Positions 49,912 through 63,927 of a stretch of DNA of 64,000 nucleotides are shown one piece after another (positions within the stretch are counted from its first letter, which is position 1; each line of letters begins with the position of its first letter). The position numbers and the translations under genes were made by a program. The stretch is from Octopus sinensis (taxonomy: Eukaryota). The notes beneath the pieces are model-generated. The model did not search any database. It had not been told where the DNA came from and saw only the letters and a program-made list of their open reading frames with translations. Location of the stretch: contig NC_042999.1 of NCBI RefSeq assembly GCF_006345805.1, positions 167,586,001-167,650,000 on the forward strand, written 5' to 3'.

Positions 49912-50191
49912 TGAGTGAGAGAGAGTGGGGATGAAAGACCAAAGCTGAGAGCGATGTCCAAATCTTCAGTGAGTGGTAAAACAGATTATCGCTGCGTTGT
50001 TGATCTGGCAGTAACATGGATAAGATTAGGAGTGAGTATACTATGATATGAGCCAAAAGAATCTCGAACATTCCTTGGTAGCATCGATAGTGCGCGACAC
50101 TGCTGGAGCGAGCGATACTGATGCAAGGTACTGAAAATTGTGATCCTCAAACGACTAATGATATAGGAAATATCCCCCTGTGCAAGCTGTT

Positions 50192-50292
<101 letters not shown>

Positions 50293-50699
50293 ATATACAT
50301 TGTATCATGTATGCATGTATGTATGTATGTACGGCAATAATTCTAAGCAGGAACCTTGAAATAGAAAAATAACTGATAAATAATTGATAGACATGACGTC
50401 ACTGTCTTGTGGCTGTAATCACCCCAGGTGCAAGCGCGCAATAGTCGCTTTTTTTTCTCTGCTTTTTTAAATAAGTTTTCTTTACTCTAGTAGATGTTAT
50501 TGTATCCAGAGCTACTTCATAACAGTCATACGCCATACTATAAAATAAATCCTCGCCAATTCCCAGGTAATTTTATGGTACTAAATATCACCGGAGGAAA
50601 TAATATTTTTCTTTATTATCGCGGCGTCCATGATCTCTGCAGGACCCCTCAATCTGCTGAGGTCGATGCGTTGGTTGATGTTTAGTTTGGATTTCTGTA

Positions 50700-51700
50700 A
50701 GTTAAATCTTATAAAAAAAAAAATGCAAGAAAGAGAGGGAATTCGAAAGGGTTGTAGTCATGGTAAGAATGGAATGAGTAATGCTCTTTTTTTATTGTTT
50801 GTTTTTAAATATTTTCCCTCAAAGACCTTAAGAATGAGCCACTGAAGGTACGATGAAGACGGGTGGACATCATTTAAGGTGGCAAGAGGTTTCGTATTTC
50901 AGTGGAGAAAAAGCTATTTCAGAAGAAATACAAAAATACAGTGAGAAGAAACGGTGCTTGTGTGGGACAATGCTTCCGGCAGTCTATTTGATGGTCTTTT
51001 TATCAGAGGTAATTTTAGAATAGTTGTATATGTAGCAGAGGCGACGATTCACTTTATATGCAAAATTTTTCTCCAATGTGAGTTACCTTTTAACTTTATA
51101 GAATTAATTAAACCTAAAGTGTTTCTGGCCTACGAATGAAAACCTTGTATTTGAGATGCAGTATTAGCAATGGAATTATATGCAAGGTTACAATGAGAGA
51201 TTATAAGAGAATATGTCACCGAGCATCTGTAATGACTTTGAGGTGTTTAACTATTCATTTATGTATTTTCAAAGGTAGACGATGTGTAGTGAAAATCTGT
51301 TTCCTCGATAGGTACAGCGATTGTGCCCGAGTGTTGATAAAGAAGATTATATTGTTGTGTCTTTACTGGAGGATGCTTTCAGAGTATTTATACATATGTA
51401 AGTAGTGTACATCTAGTGTGAGATGTCTAGTTTCCTGTGAATGATGTATGACTAAGCTAAGTTAATGAGTTAAAGAGAGCACATTGTTAGAAGTGTTAGT
51501 GAAATGGTTAATAATGTACAAAAGGAGAAAATGTGAGAAGTATAATTGAATCCTAAAGTATATCTGAGTCGGGAGAATATCTGTTAGAGTTACCTCTACC
51601 GATTCAAGCAGCAATTAAGCTATTTCACATCCAATAGATGAGAAATGGAAGGAGTTCATGAGCAAGCAATTTAGGAGCTTCTTGTGCCGGGCCTAACCGG
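50700..51700 (-). mobile_element. Old L2/CR1-like LINE remnant
   Basis: Only weak residual motifs (KARNTLG, FFSLYFCISSE). Confidence 0.3.
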
Positions 51701-51748
51701 ACATTTTGCTGATGTCATAACAAAGAAATTATTATTTTAACATAACCT

Positions 51749-51960
51749 AAGGCGGCGGGCTGGCAACGCCGTTATTACATAAGACGAAATGCTAAACGGC
51801 ATTTCGTCCTTCTTTATGTTCTGAGCTCAAATTCTGCCAAGGTCGATTTTACCCATCATCTTTTCGGGGTCGATAAAATAAGTCTTAGACAACTACTGGA
51901 GTCGATGTAATTGACTTACCCTCCCCTCCAAAACTGCTGGCCTTGTGCCAAAATTTTAAC
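51749..51960 (+). mobile_element. SINE family C
   Basis: Consensus blocks. Confidence 0.75.
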
Positions 51961-53149
51961 ATGATTCTAAAATCTAAATATTTAAAATGCTACATTTCAT
52001 TCTTAATTACGTTATGGTGATGAAGGGATAGTGTTGAAGAGTATTTAGTTTTGTCTCTTCAATTTCTGAGTTCAAATCCCACCCTAGATTCCTGCAGCTC
52101 ACTGTATACGCGCGCGCGTGTCTCATGATCGAAGTGAATGCAAGCAATACCAAGTGGGTAAAAGGTTCGCTTTGCAATTTTGAAATCTCTAGTTCGATCT
52201 TTTTACATGGCATCTTGAGTAAAACTCTTCTACCACAATCCCGGGTTAAGTCAAACTTTGTGACTGAAATTAGGTAGATGAAACCAGTATAAATTTCCAT
52301 TGGATGAACTATATCTGTCATTCAAGGAGCCATCTATCACACAGTGTGTCACGTTGATTTAATTTTAACATTACGTTATGGACACAAGTGTCTGCGGAAT
52401 TACTCAGCCACTTACTCGTTATTACAATGAGCAGGTAGTTCAGTTGATTCAATAACCGGCATACTCATCGTCGAAACCAAAGGAGATCCATTCCCTTTGT
52501 TTTTACTTATATGCTCCAGAGTTATGCTAAGTTATTATCTATTAAGCCAACAGATACCACGTGGGATTGAAACAGTAAGTAGAAGCAATAAACTAGCAAA
52601 ATTATTTATTTGATGAGATTCTAAAGAAAAATATGTAACCAGATAAAAAGTAAAATAAGGACTTTTAAAACATATTCTTCATCGTTATAAGTGTCGATTA
52701 CATTACATACACCCCCAGTTCAGAGAAATATAACACAACAGAACTGCCCTCTATTTCATGAATTATTGACTTTTTCAGCTCTGTAGCTACCGAACATCAT
52801 CAAACAAACACAACCCCTACTTTCCTCTTCCGATGGTGGCCGCCTACTACTTTATAACCGTAAAGTATTTAACGGTTAAAAATAGAATTTCTGAGGAGGC
52901 AAATTTAGAAAAAAATGTGTTTTAAGACAGGTTTTGTTCTAAGATTTCTAGGAAAATTTTAATAGCATAAGACGTATCAATTGTGTTTTTACAGAAAACA
53001 CAATATTTTAAATAGTTTCTACTCCTAATAAACGAAGAGAGCCATAGTTCTTTGGAAGTGAACTTCTGCTTCAGTACAGAAAATGAAATTATCTAAACTG
53101 TACCTTAAAAGAGTGGTTTACTTTGGAATTCTCTTTAACTACCCAACAC

Positions 53150-53645
53150 TTGGTTTACCAATTTGCCTGACAGGTTCAAGTACTTTATCGTGTTTAGACT
53201 GGAAGTTCCAGTAATGATCGTCTTCTGAGTTACTCATTATATTTTTCTTCGGTGACAAGTATTTTTTTTAAAGACACCCAATCCTAATTCTTCCTTTGAT
53301 GAAACACTCCCTTACTAACAACTATTATAAATTATTATATTTCCTTTCTCTAAATTTAACTGTCGTACTATTTTCCTGCACTGAAATGACATTTCAGTTT
53401 GATTCTACTTTTAACGGGGGGTTTTTTTCCGTAATTTTCGACAAATTTAGTTTTCTTTGTGTCATCAAAATCTTGACGATCTTTGATCAGAGTAGCATAT
53501 TTGTTGTATAACACTTTTTTGACACGAAAATATTTAAACTGCTGTCTCATATGCCAGCGAGAGTGATGAAGAGAAAAAGAATTTATGAGATATAATATGT
53601 TAGTCTCTTGACTCGCAGAAATGACACTCAAGCGTTAAAGGTTAA
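53150..53645 (-). mobile_element. Possible piggyBac-like 5' end
   Basis: Minus strand starts TTAA CCTTTAACGC; an acidic start MSNSEDDHYW.. follows at 53237. No partner TIR found. Confidence 0.25.
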
Positions 53646-54955
53646 CGGAATTTAACGTACGATTTGGAAGTATGGGATAGTTATGTTAATGCTGATAATA
53701 AGATATTTGTTATATCTTGTAATGGTTATACTTCTAATAATCTATTGTGTACAACAGAAGCTTTTTTCTTTTTATATTTACATAGTATATCTCAAGCAAA
53801 TTTACTTAACCGAGCTAATATATCTCAAGATTAGAATGACAGCTAGCAAGTACTAGTCAATTTTACAGAGATGTGGTAATACGTACAACTACATAGGGAG
53901 AGACAGTGACAAGTGTTTGTAACAGTATAAGAGGCACAGACTCACTGAATTTCTCATCTATAATTCTCGTTTGAAAATTGGAAAGATATGGAGTTCTGTA
54001 TTTCCCAGGGAGAAAAGTGCTGCTTTATTTCCTTGTTATTATTTATACTTTGTTATTGTTTTACTCCATTATTTTTTTACTTTTATTGTTTATAGGAAAG
54101 AAAGGAGACGAAATGGCAGCACCATTTAAATGTTAGATGGAATTCGATCGGGATTTAGTCTGGTTCTTTACAACCTAAACTCAGAGTTTCACTGAGGTCA
54201 ACTTTGCCTTTGATCCTTTCTTTTTGTGTGTGTGGTGAGAAGGAGTGAGGTGGATAACTAAAACACAGTTTTCATAATCGTTTTTGTATTCAATATTCAT
54301 ATTGTGTAAACGCTTATATTAGACAACTTAATTAGTTACTATCCTGTCTCTACAATATGCTGTACATACTCAATTGTTTTCCATATAAGAAGAAAAAGAG
54401 TCGAATCGATAAGCTATTGAACATGGTTAGCGAGTTCAAATTCACTACAGACAAATCTTTCGACATTTGAAGCGAACATTTTATTTTATTGCATCATTAG
54501 ATCTTTTGCAAGGTTTTGTTAGTGTTTAAGTGAAATAACAAAGTTGGCGGTAAGTTGTCGATAAACATTACATGTAATAAGTTCCCAATTTGGAATTAGT
54601 TTGCCTTCCCCATTTCTCTCTCTCCCTTTTTCCCATATAGTCTCTTCATTAAACAACCTCCCCTATTAGTATTTCCATGCTCCACTTTTTTCTGCAAACT
54701 GGGAACAAAGGTCTTCATTCTGTACAAGCACCTCTCCCAGCAGCTCCATAATATAGAATATACATCTGAATCTCAAAGAAATTCTTTTCCATCCATTTAA
54801 ACATTAAACTAACACCTTATTCATCGTACTGTTATTTCCCAGTCGTTTTAATGTTACTTTTTATTTACATTACATTGATATATAAATATATATATATAAA
54901 TAACTATATATACGAAGGGAAGAGGGGTGTTTACATTTACACATGTATATATATA

Positions 54956-55036
<81 letters not shown>

Positions 55037-55499
55037 CTGTGTCACATTCACAGATTTAACTTCTTGGAGTTAGTTATATCTACGAAAGCTAAAATACTAA
55101 GTATTATTTTCAATTTTATTGAATGCAGTAATGATGCTAGGGATTGTAAAGAACTAAACTAAAAACTTTATTCAGTTTCATGGTACTACATTCTGAGTTC
55201 AAGCTTTGCTGGAGTCAAGTTTGCTTTCATCTAACCAGTGAAATTTAGGTCAGTTAAATTGACTATTCACCTCCTATCCAAATGTGTGGTCTTGTACCAA
55301 CATAAAAAAATCAGCAATATAAATTCGTTTTAAGCAACTAAATGTACTTAATGTCCTTATCATATTATATCAATTAACTGTTAAAATTGTAAGACAGGCA
55401 AAACAGTAAAATCTGAGAACACCTTCACTAAAACCTCATTGCATCTATAAAGGTGATCTCAGACTACAGTGTTATAGAGTGCTGCTGCTAATACTGTTA

Positions 55500-55760
55500 C
55501 CATTATTATTTTGTTATCACAGCTTTGTTCTCGACTTTGCTTTAGTTAAAACAACCAGCTGTTCTTTTCAACCTTAGATGTCTAAAACCTCCCTCAGAAT
55601 CCTTGCTGTTCCTAATAAGCACTCTCTTTACAGCAGTTCAGCCAGACATTCGATCCTAATCTTCTTTTTATTCTTCTTGCTATTTTTCTTGTCCTCATTT
55701 TTTAACCTTATCTCCAAACCCATTTTACTCCTTTTTCATGCCTTATGTAAACTTGAAACT
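55500..55760 (-). mobile_element. R4/Dong-like LINE 3' end
   Basis: CLLGTARILREVLDI* followed by a short UTR and TGTGATAACAAAATAATAAT. Confidence 0.75.
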
Positions 55761-56507
55761 AAAAAATATATATTGTTTACTCTACATATTATTTCTTATT
55801 CTTGGAAATAGTTCAAGCTAAAATCTGTAAGCTTTTGTAAATCTTGTCTAAATTTTTTATGGTTTAATTTAACTGAATTTCCCAGTTAACGAAAGAAATT
55901 TCCAGAACTTCAATTCAATTTTATTTTTCTTTATTCTCAACAGAAATTCTTTTCTATTTATCCATCATTTTTTTTCCCTGGGAATTTCTTTAACTCTATC
56001 AGCATCTGAAATTATGTAAACACGTTCATTTACACTTCCAAAAAACCTCAATTAAAGAAAAAACAAAATACTATGGAATTAATACAAACGTATTTTTTTC
56101 ATCGAAATTCTCAGTCAATGAAACATGTGTACGAAGACAAATATAAAACCATTTTAAGATGGAAGAGAATGAAATATTATAGTCTAACAGCCAGCTTAAC
56201 CTCCTACAAGTTGTTCAACAAAAGAAAACAGAAACGTAACCTTCCAGCAGTATCTTCTTTGCTACAAATAAATCATCTTTGCTCCAAAGACCCATTTAGA
56301 TATCAGAGCTTCTAATATTTCTGCCAGTCATTTATCATCTAACCCGCCATACAGATCGTACACGGAGATTTCAGATTTCAAATACTAGCCATTAGTTTAA
56401 AAACTTCCAACACACTTGATATAGGTACAACTAGTATATGATATATTTTTACAATATGTTTCATTCTCATTCATAATGAATATAAATAGCATATCAAATT
56501 TTCATTG

Positions 56508-56509
<2 letters not shown>

Positions 56510-56538
<29 letters not shown>

Positions 56539-56549
56539 TAATAATAATG

Positions 56550-56586
<37 letters not shown>

Positions 56587-57162
56587 TGATGATGATAATA
56601 AATAATGATTTCAAATTTTGCCACAAGGACAGCAACTTTGGGGAAGGGGATGAGTCGATTACATCACAAGTAATTAATTTATCGACCCCCGAAAGGATGA
56701 AAGGCAAAGTCCACCTCGGTGGAATTTCAACTCAGAACGTATCAATGAACGAAATAACGCCAAGCATTTCATCCAGCGTGCTAACGATTCTGTCAGCTCG
56801 CCGCCTTAGTAAAAATAATGGTTTTAAAATTTTCTGGGAAGTGGTTAAGTCGATTACATCAACCACAGTGTTCAACTGGTATTTATTTTATTGACCCCGA
56901 AAGTATGAAAGGTACAGTCGACTTCGATGGAATTTGAACTCAGAATGTAAAGAGCGGCGAAATGCCTATTTCTTTACTACCCACAAGGGGCTACACACAG
57001 AAAGGACAAACAAGGACAGACAAACGGATTAAGTCGATTATATCGTCCTCCAGTGCGTAACTGGTACTTATTTAATCGACCCCGAAACGATGAAAGGCAA
57101 AGTCGACCTCGGCGGAATTTGAACTCAGAACGTAACGGCAGACGATGATGATGATAATAATG

Positions 57163-57230
<68 letters not shown>

Positions 57231-57545
57231 TATAATAATAATTATAATAATAATGATAATAATAATTCCTACTCTAGGCACAAGGCTCGAAGTTTTGGGG
57301 GAGGGGGCAGTCGATTAGATCGATCTCAGTACGCAAATGGTACTTAATTTATCGACTGCGAAAGGATGAAAGGCAAAGTCGATCTCGGTGGAATTTGAAC
57401 TCAGAACGTAGTGACTGGCGAAATACCGCTAAGCATTTCGTTCAGCATGTTAGCGAATCTGCCAGCTCGCTCCTTGATGACGATGATGACGATGATAATA
57501 ATAATAATAATAATAAAGGTTTCAAATTTTGGCACAAGGCCAGCA
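56510..57545 (-). mobile_element. SINE family C cluster with long (AAT)n tracts (56510-56605, 57150-57265)
   Basis: Consensus blocks and visible microsatellites. Confidence 0.85.
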
Positions 57546-57576
57546 GTTTCGAGGAAGGGGCTAAGTCAGTTACATT

Positions 57577-57760
57577 GGAACTGCTCATATCCTAAGAAAA
57601 ATATTGTCTATGCAATCCTAAAAAAAACATTTATAAAAAACAAAAGATCTTGAGTAAGTTGAGAAAGAAAATATTTTGAAAGATCGATCATAAATATCAG
57701 GAAATACCAGGCAGTGAGAACGGAAAGCACACTTGCCTTTTGTACGTGCCACTATTTGAG
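57577..57760 (+). mobile_element. R4/Dong-like 3' end (GTAHILRKILSMQS*) plus UTR; UTR partly repeated at ~58500-58590
   Basis: Same C-terminal motif as at 1930-1950. Confidence 0.7.
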
Positions 57761-59165
57761 CGAATAAAAATAAGGAAAAAATGATTTCTTTGTTAAATTT
57801 AGTACTTATTTTGGGAATTTTTCGACGACTGACCATGCAAATGAAAGCTCTAAACACGGGCTACGCGCAGCTCTAAATTTCTTTCAGAAAAAATGAAAAC
57901 TGTAAACAATAAAAAATAAAAGGCAAAAATACATAAAAATGAGAAATTTTTTTTCAACTTAAAAAATCTTGCCTTAATTTTCAAAATTTCGAACGCATTT
58001 TCCGCGCTTAAATTACAAATCCGCTTCTACTTTGCCATGTTGAAAATTTGATTGAAATCGGGCAAAAAGTGTCCGATCTAAATCCCCAAGTGTCCCCAAA
58101 AATCAATAAAATCCCCGTTTTCACAGCAAAGCAACCACTGTACCGCCCTAAAAATCTCCCAATCAATTTCTAACCTCAAGTTACCCCACTCCTGTAAATT
58201 TTAATCCCCTTCCAGTACCATTTATACCCCTTTTTACATAAAAATCCAATTTGTATCAGCGTTCGCCTTCTTCATTTTATAGATTAGACTAGCTTAAGGT
58301 GATCCACTCTACGCGCGGGTAAGGGTGTGGTTGTTACATTCTGTTGCTTCCTTTCTGTTTTTTATCACCACATTCTCTCTCCTTATTTCTCTCTCCTTTC
58401 TCTCTCACTTTCCCACTCTCTTACTCTTCCTTTCTCTCGGACTCTCCCTCGCCTTCTCTTACTCTCTATCTTTCTCTATCTCTCTCTCTCCCATTTATAA
58501 ACAACAAAAGATCTTGAGTAAGTTGAGAAAGAGAATATTTTGTAACATCAATCATAAATATCAGGCAGTGACAACGGAAAGGTCTGCTTCAAGGCAGACA
58601 GCAAAACACTAACATTTAAAAGGGACAGACGGACTTGCGAGCTGAATAAAAATAATAAAATATTGGAAACCAAAGTTTGAAGGGATAGAATCTGAGGATA
58701 GTAGAGTCGCCATGGCTGGCATTTCTTAACGACGGTCACCAACGTAGTGGAGGTTTAACGGCTGGCGTAAAATTTTGAACTTGATGTAAAAGAAAATTCC
58801 TAAACACCAAGTTTTGAAGTGACTCATCATGGCAAGCATTCAAAACTTCTTCATCATGGACGGCAACACATTGAAGATTTAAAGGCTGGCGCAATTTTTT
58901 TAGCTTGAAGTAACAGAGAATTCCTAAACACCTGCTCCTGTAAATTTTAATCCCCTTCCAGCCCCATTTAGACCCCTTTTCACATTTTGGTTAATATAAC
59001 CCGATTTCATTCGGGTCTACTCGGGCCACATTTTATAGGATGAGGAATTTTGTCCTAGAGGTCACGCATTTCATTTGAGGAAAAACTAGTTGCCATGCAA
59101 ACTCGCCAGCACTTTTAACATAGGTGTGCATATTTTCAACTCAACCGACCACATAATGCACACAT

Positions 59166-59247
<82 letters not shown>

Positions 59248-59258
59248 TATATACGCAT

Positions 59259-59289
<31 letters not shown>

Positions 59290-59341
59290 CTGTACGCATT
59301 ATATATACAAATGTATACAAATTATATATATATATATATTT

Positions 59342-59860
59342 ATATAATTAGTGAATGGAAGAAATGGAGTTGAACGAAGATTGTACAGAATTCCTTTTAT
59401 TACATTCTATACATGTTTCAAAGGCCACAATTTTCCAAATTCTGATTAAATAAGGGTACCATATTGCAGCTTTCTCTTCAGGAAAAACCAGGAATTACGT
59501 TGTCAGAACAAAACAAAACAGAGGCGCAGCAAAGCAATTCGGACGAGGACGCTCCCTGGAGCGTCCTCGTTCGAATTGTTTTGTTTTGTTCTGACAACGT
59601 AATTCCTGGTTTTTCCTGAAGAGAAAGCTGCAATATGGTATCCTTATTTAATCAGAATTTGGAAAATTGTGGCCTTTGAAACATGTGTAGAATGTAATAA
59701 AAGGAATTCTGTACAATCTTCGTTCAACTCCATTTCTTCCATTCACTAATTATATTAAACTTCAATTATCCGCACCAACGCACGGTTGCAACACCAAATG
59801 GTCTTATCTCCAACCGTGTTTTTTTCTGCTGTGATTTTTGCTACCCAGGTATCGGTTAAA
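59342..59860. mobile_element. Near-perfect ~410-bp fold-back with HHR-like motifs in both arms, plus a 3' extension
   Basis: 59342-59555 pairs with 59558-59755 (14-nt bulge). CTGAAGA..GAAAC ATGT GTA at 59613-59692, with its mirror at 59405-59484. Confidence 0.8.
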
Positions 59861-59990
59861 CTTTTGAATAATCTGTAACAAGAAAATTCATCTTTCCATT
59901 TCAACAAATATATATTTATATATATATATATATATATACAGATATATACACTTTGTATATATACATTATATATGCATATTTATATATAGA

Positions 59991-60021
<31 letters not shown>

Positions 60022-61441
60022 AATCAACTCAATAAATATCTGATTCATAATATGTGTTCTCATGATTGTGTGGTAGTGGTGGTGGCGATAATAATTCTCT
60101 CTATTAATGCAGACAGATGTAGAGAGAGAGAGAGAGAGAGAGAGATGTGGAAGAAAGAGTGAAGGCGGTGGGGGAAAGATTGTAGACACTGTCAAACGAC
60201 GTTATAGAGAGAAATTGGTGGGAAGAGAGGAAAGAGAGAGAGACGGAGGAAGACAGGCAGATAAGAGAATGAGAGAAAACTTGTCAAAGTGTGCGTTTTT
60301 TGCCCTAGTAACCACACCTTTTAAGATAGGGATTTCTAACCGAGCCCACTCACATCCTCACCTCACTTTACATGTCCGTATAAATTTTGGAGTCAATCCG
60401 ACGGGATCTAGTTGCCTCTAACCCGTTCCAATGCCCAAACTAGACAAACAAACAAACTGCATTTCAGATTTATAGATATTGATTAGATGCCAATCGCACC
60501 AATCTGGAGGGGCTTAGAGGCCCCTTGAATCGATAAAAATTCACTCTTCTCACCATAGCAACCGCATCTTTCCAGATGGCGAGCTTTAAACTACGTAACT
60601 CTCTGCCTCATCAGGCCTTCTATGCCTGTGTCAATTATCAGCTCGATCCGACCACTGGTCTGGCCGCCAACCACTGATGAAGCAATTTTGACCCAAAGTC
60701 TCTTTTATATATATAGACTAGCTTAAGGTGACCCGCTCTACGCGCGGATGAGGTTGTGGTTGTTACTTTCTGTTTCTTATCGCCACATTCTCCCTCTTTG
60801 TTTCTCTCTCCTTTCTCATTTTCCCACTCTCTTACTCTTCCTTTCTCTCTGACTCTCCCTCACTTTCTCTTACTCTCTATCTTTCTCGATCTATCTCTCT
60901 GCCATTTATAAAAAATTAGATTTCCGCGCTTAAATTACAAATCCGCTTCCACTTTGCCATGTTGAACATTTGATTGAAATCGGGCAAAAAGTGTCCGATC
61001 TAGACCCCCAAGTGTCCCCAAAAGTCAATAAAATCCCCGTTTTCACAGCAAAGCAACTACTGTACCGCCATAAAAGTCTCCCAATCAATTTACCACCTTA
61101 AGTTACCCCCTCCTGTAAATTTTAATTCCCTTCCAGCCCCATTTAGACCCCTTTTTACATAGAAATCCAATTTGTATCAACGTTCGCCTTCTTCATTTTC
61201 TAGATTAGACAGATATACCCGGCCTTGCTCAGGATTAAAATAGTTTATTATTGTTTCACTTGTTTCGGTATTATAACCCGATTTCATTTGGGTCTAAGCG
61301 GGCCACATTTTAAAAGATGAGGAATTTTGCTCTAGAGGAGATGCCTTTCAATTGGGAAAACTGAAATTTGCCATGCAAACTCGCTAGCAATTCTAACATA
61401 GGTGTGCATATTTTCAGCTGAATCCGATTACATATGCACGT

Positions 61442-61665
61442 GGAGGCGCAATGGCCTAGTGGTTAGGGCAGCGGACTTGCGGTCGGAGGATCGCGGTTTC
61501 GATTCCCAGACCAGGCGTTGTGTGTGTTTATTGAGCGAAAAAAACACCTAAAAGCTCCACGAGGCTCCGGCGGGATGTGGTGATCCCTGCTGTACTCTTT
61601 CACCACTCTAAAGGCGGTGCTCCAGCATGGCCGCAGTCAAATGACTGAAACAAGTACAAAAAAAA
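61442..61665 (+). mobile_element. SINE A head (intact A and B boxes) fused to a SINE B tail
   Basis: TGGCCTAGTGG and GGTTTCGATTCC boxes; the sequence switches at ~61607 to TAAAGGCGGTGCTCCAGCATGG. Confidence 0.8.
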
Positions 61666-61719
61666 AAAAAAAATACATAAGCATTAAATATGTACATATA
61701 TACGCATTATATATACACT

Positions 61720-61769
<50 letters not shown>

Positions 61770-62715
61770 TATATATATATTATATATATATATATATATA
61801 CATATATATACATTATATATATATTCATATACACACACATATATATATATAATTAACACAATATATCTTATTAATAATATCTGTTATGATTGTGCGGTAG
61901 TGGTAGGCGATAATAATTCACCGTTCTAAAAGACGGGAATATTTAAACTGTTGCTACTGTCACGCTTTTCGCTCTATAGATATAGACAGAAGTACAGTGA
62001 GAGAAGTTGTTGCAGAAAGATTGACAGAGAGACGGCGAAGCTGTCAAACGTCGTTATAGAGAGAAAATGCAGACAGACGTACAGAAAGAGAGAGAGAGAG
62101 AGAGGATGTGGGCGAAAGAGTGGCAGTGCTGGTGAAGGTGGCGAAGGAAAGATAGTGGAAACTGTCAAAAGTCATTATAGAGAGAAAGTGAAGGGAAGGA
62201 AAGAACGAGAGAAGGACGGGGGAAGACAGGCAGATATGCGTAGAGAGAATGTTATAGAGAGAAAGTGCAGACAGACGTACAGAGAGAGAGAAAGAGAGAG
62301 AGAGATGATGTGGAAGAAAGAGTGACAGAGCTGGCGAAGGTGGCGAGGGAGGTCGTTGTAGAGAGAAAGTGAAGGTAAGGAGGAAGGAGAGAGAGACGGA
62401 GGAAGGAGAGAGAGACGGAGGAAGAGAGGCAGATATGAGAAAGTGAGAAACGTATACACTTGTCGAAGTGTGGGTTTTGTGCCCCTAGTAACCACGGCTT
62501 TTGAGTTAGGGATTTCTAACCAAGCCCACTCACATCTTCACCTCTTTTTACATGTTCCTGTACATTTTGGAGCGAATCCGACCGTATTTAGTGCCACTTA
62601 ACCCATTCCAATGCCAAAACCAGACAAACAAACTTTTGTCGCATTTCAGATTTATAATATAGAGATTAAATATATATACACATATATATATATATGTATA
62701 CACATTATATATATA

Positions 62716-62780
<65 letters not shown>

Positions 62781-63269
62781 TAACACAATATATCTGATTA
62801 ATAATATTTGTTATGATTGTGAGGTAGTGGTGGGCGATAATAATTCACCGTTCTAAAAGACCTGTGGCAGGAATATTTAAACTTTTGCGGCTGTCAACGC
62901 TTTCTTTCTATAGATACAGACAGACGTACAGTGAAAGAGGTGATGGGAGAAAGAGTGACAGAGAGACGAAGCAGTCAAACGTCGTTATAGAGAGAAAGTG
63001 AAGGGAAGGAAGGAAAGAGAGAGATCGAGGAAGACAGGGTGATATCGGAAAGAGAGAAACGACAAACACTTGTCAAAGTGTGGGTTTTGTTGCCCTAGTA
63101 ACCACAGCTTTTGAGATATGGGTTTCTAGCCTAGTCCAGTAGCTTCCTCGCCTCTTTTTACATGTCTCTGTAAGTTTTGGAGCTAATCTGACCCCATCTA
63201 CCGGCCCTGAAACCGTTCCCTTGCCAAAATGTTTTGCATTTCAGCTTTATAAATATTGATTACTTTAAA

Positions 63270-63439
63270 ATAAACTTCTAATTTTCTTTTGTTTTGACAG
63301 ACGTTCTCTAGAACAATATTCTGTGCAAAACTAAAAATAAGGCACTCCAGTCATAATACCAGCTTCAACTTCTAACTTGTTATCTCTTGAGGTCTCTGAA
63401 TGTGATTTGGAGTTAACTTGTACAAAACAAAAGTCAACC

Positions 63440-63512
<73 letters not shown>
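63270..63512 (+). mobile_element. R4/Dong-like 3' UTR with (AAT)n tail
   Basis: TCTCTTGAGGTCTCT..TTGGAG..CTTGTACAAA..AAAGTCAA matches 2090-2160. Confidence 0.65.
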
Positions 63513-63514
63513 GA

Positions 63515-63729
63515 TTTCAAATTTTGGCTTAAGTCCAGCAATTTCGGAGAGACGACGAAGTCGATTACATCGGCCCTCAGTACCCAACTGGTACCTATTT
63601 TATCGACTCCGGAAAGGATGAAAGGCTATGTCAACCTCGGTAGAATTTGAACGCAGAACATAAACACGAAAGAAATGCCGCTAAGTATTTTGCCCCGCAT
63701 GCAATCGATGCTGCCAGATCACCGCCTTA
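63515..63729 (-). mobile_element. SINE family C
   Basis: Consensus blocks. Confidence 0.8.
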
Positions 63730-63734
63730 ATAAT

Positions 63735-63819
<85 letters not shown>

Positions 63820-63840
63820 GTAATAATAATAATAATAACA

Positions 63841-63926
<86 letters not shown>
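63727..63926. repeat. (AAT)n tract of ~200 bp
   Basis: Directly visible. Confidence 0.97.

Positions 63927-63927
<1 letters not shown>

Larger units (their letters stand above)
57870..63262 (+). mobile_element. Cluster of head-to-tail non-autonomous Helitron/Helentron(DINE-1)-like repeats
   Basis: Unit 1 starts TAGACTAGCTTAAGGTGA and ends TTCATTTT(A/C)TAGATTAGAC (58000-58288, 60716-61209). Unit 2 ends CAGACAAACAAAC..GCATTTCAGATTTATA (60020-60485, 61850-62667, 62778-63262). Unit 3 is at 58985-59150 and 61265-61435. Confidence 0.5.

Noticed and set aside
61442-61515. tRNA-Arg gene
   Set aside because: The tRNA-like head continues into a SINE body seen elsewhere, and no convincing acceptor stem or terminator is present.
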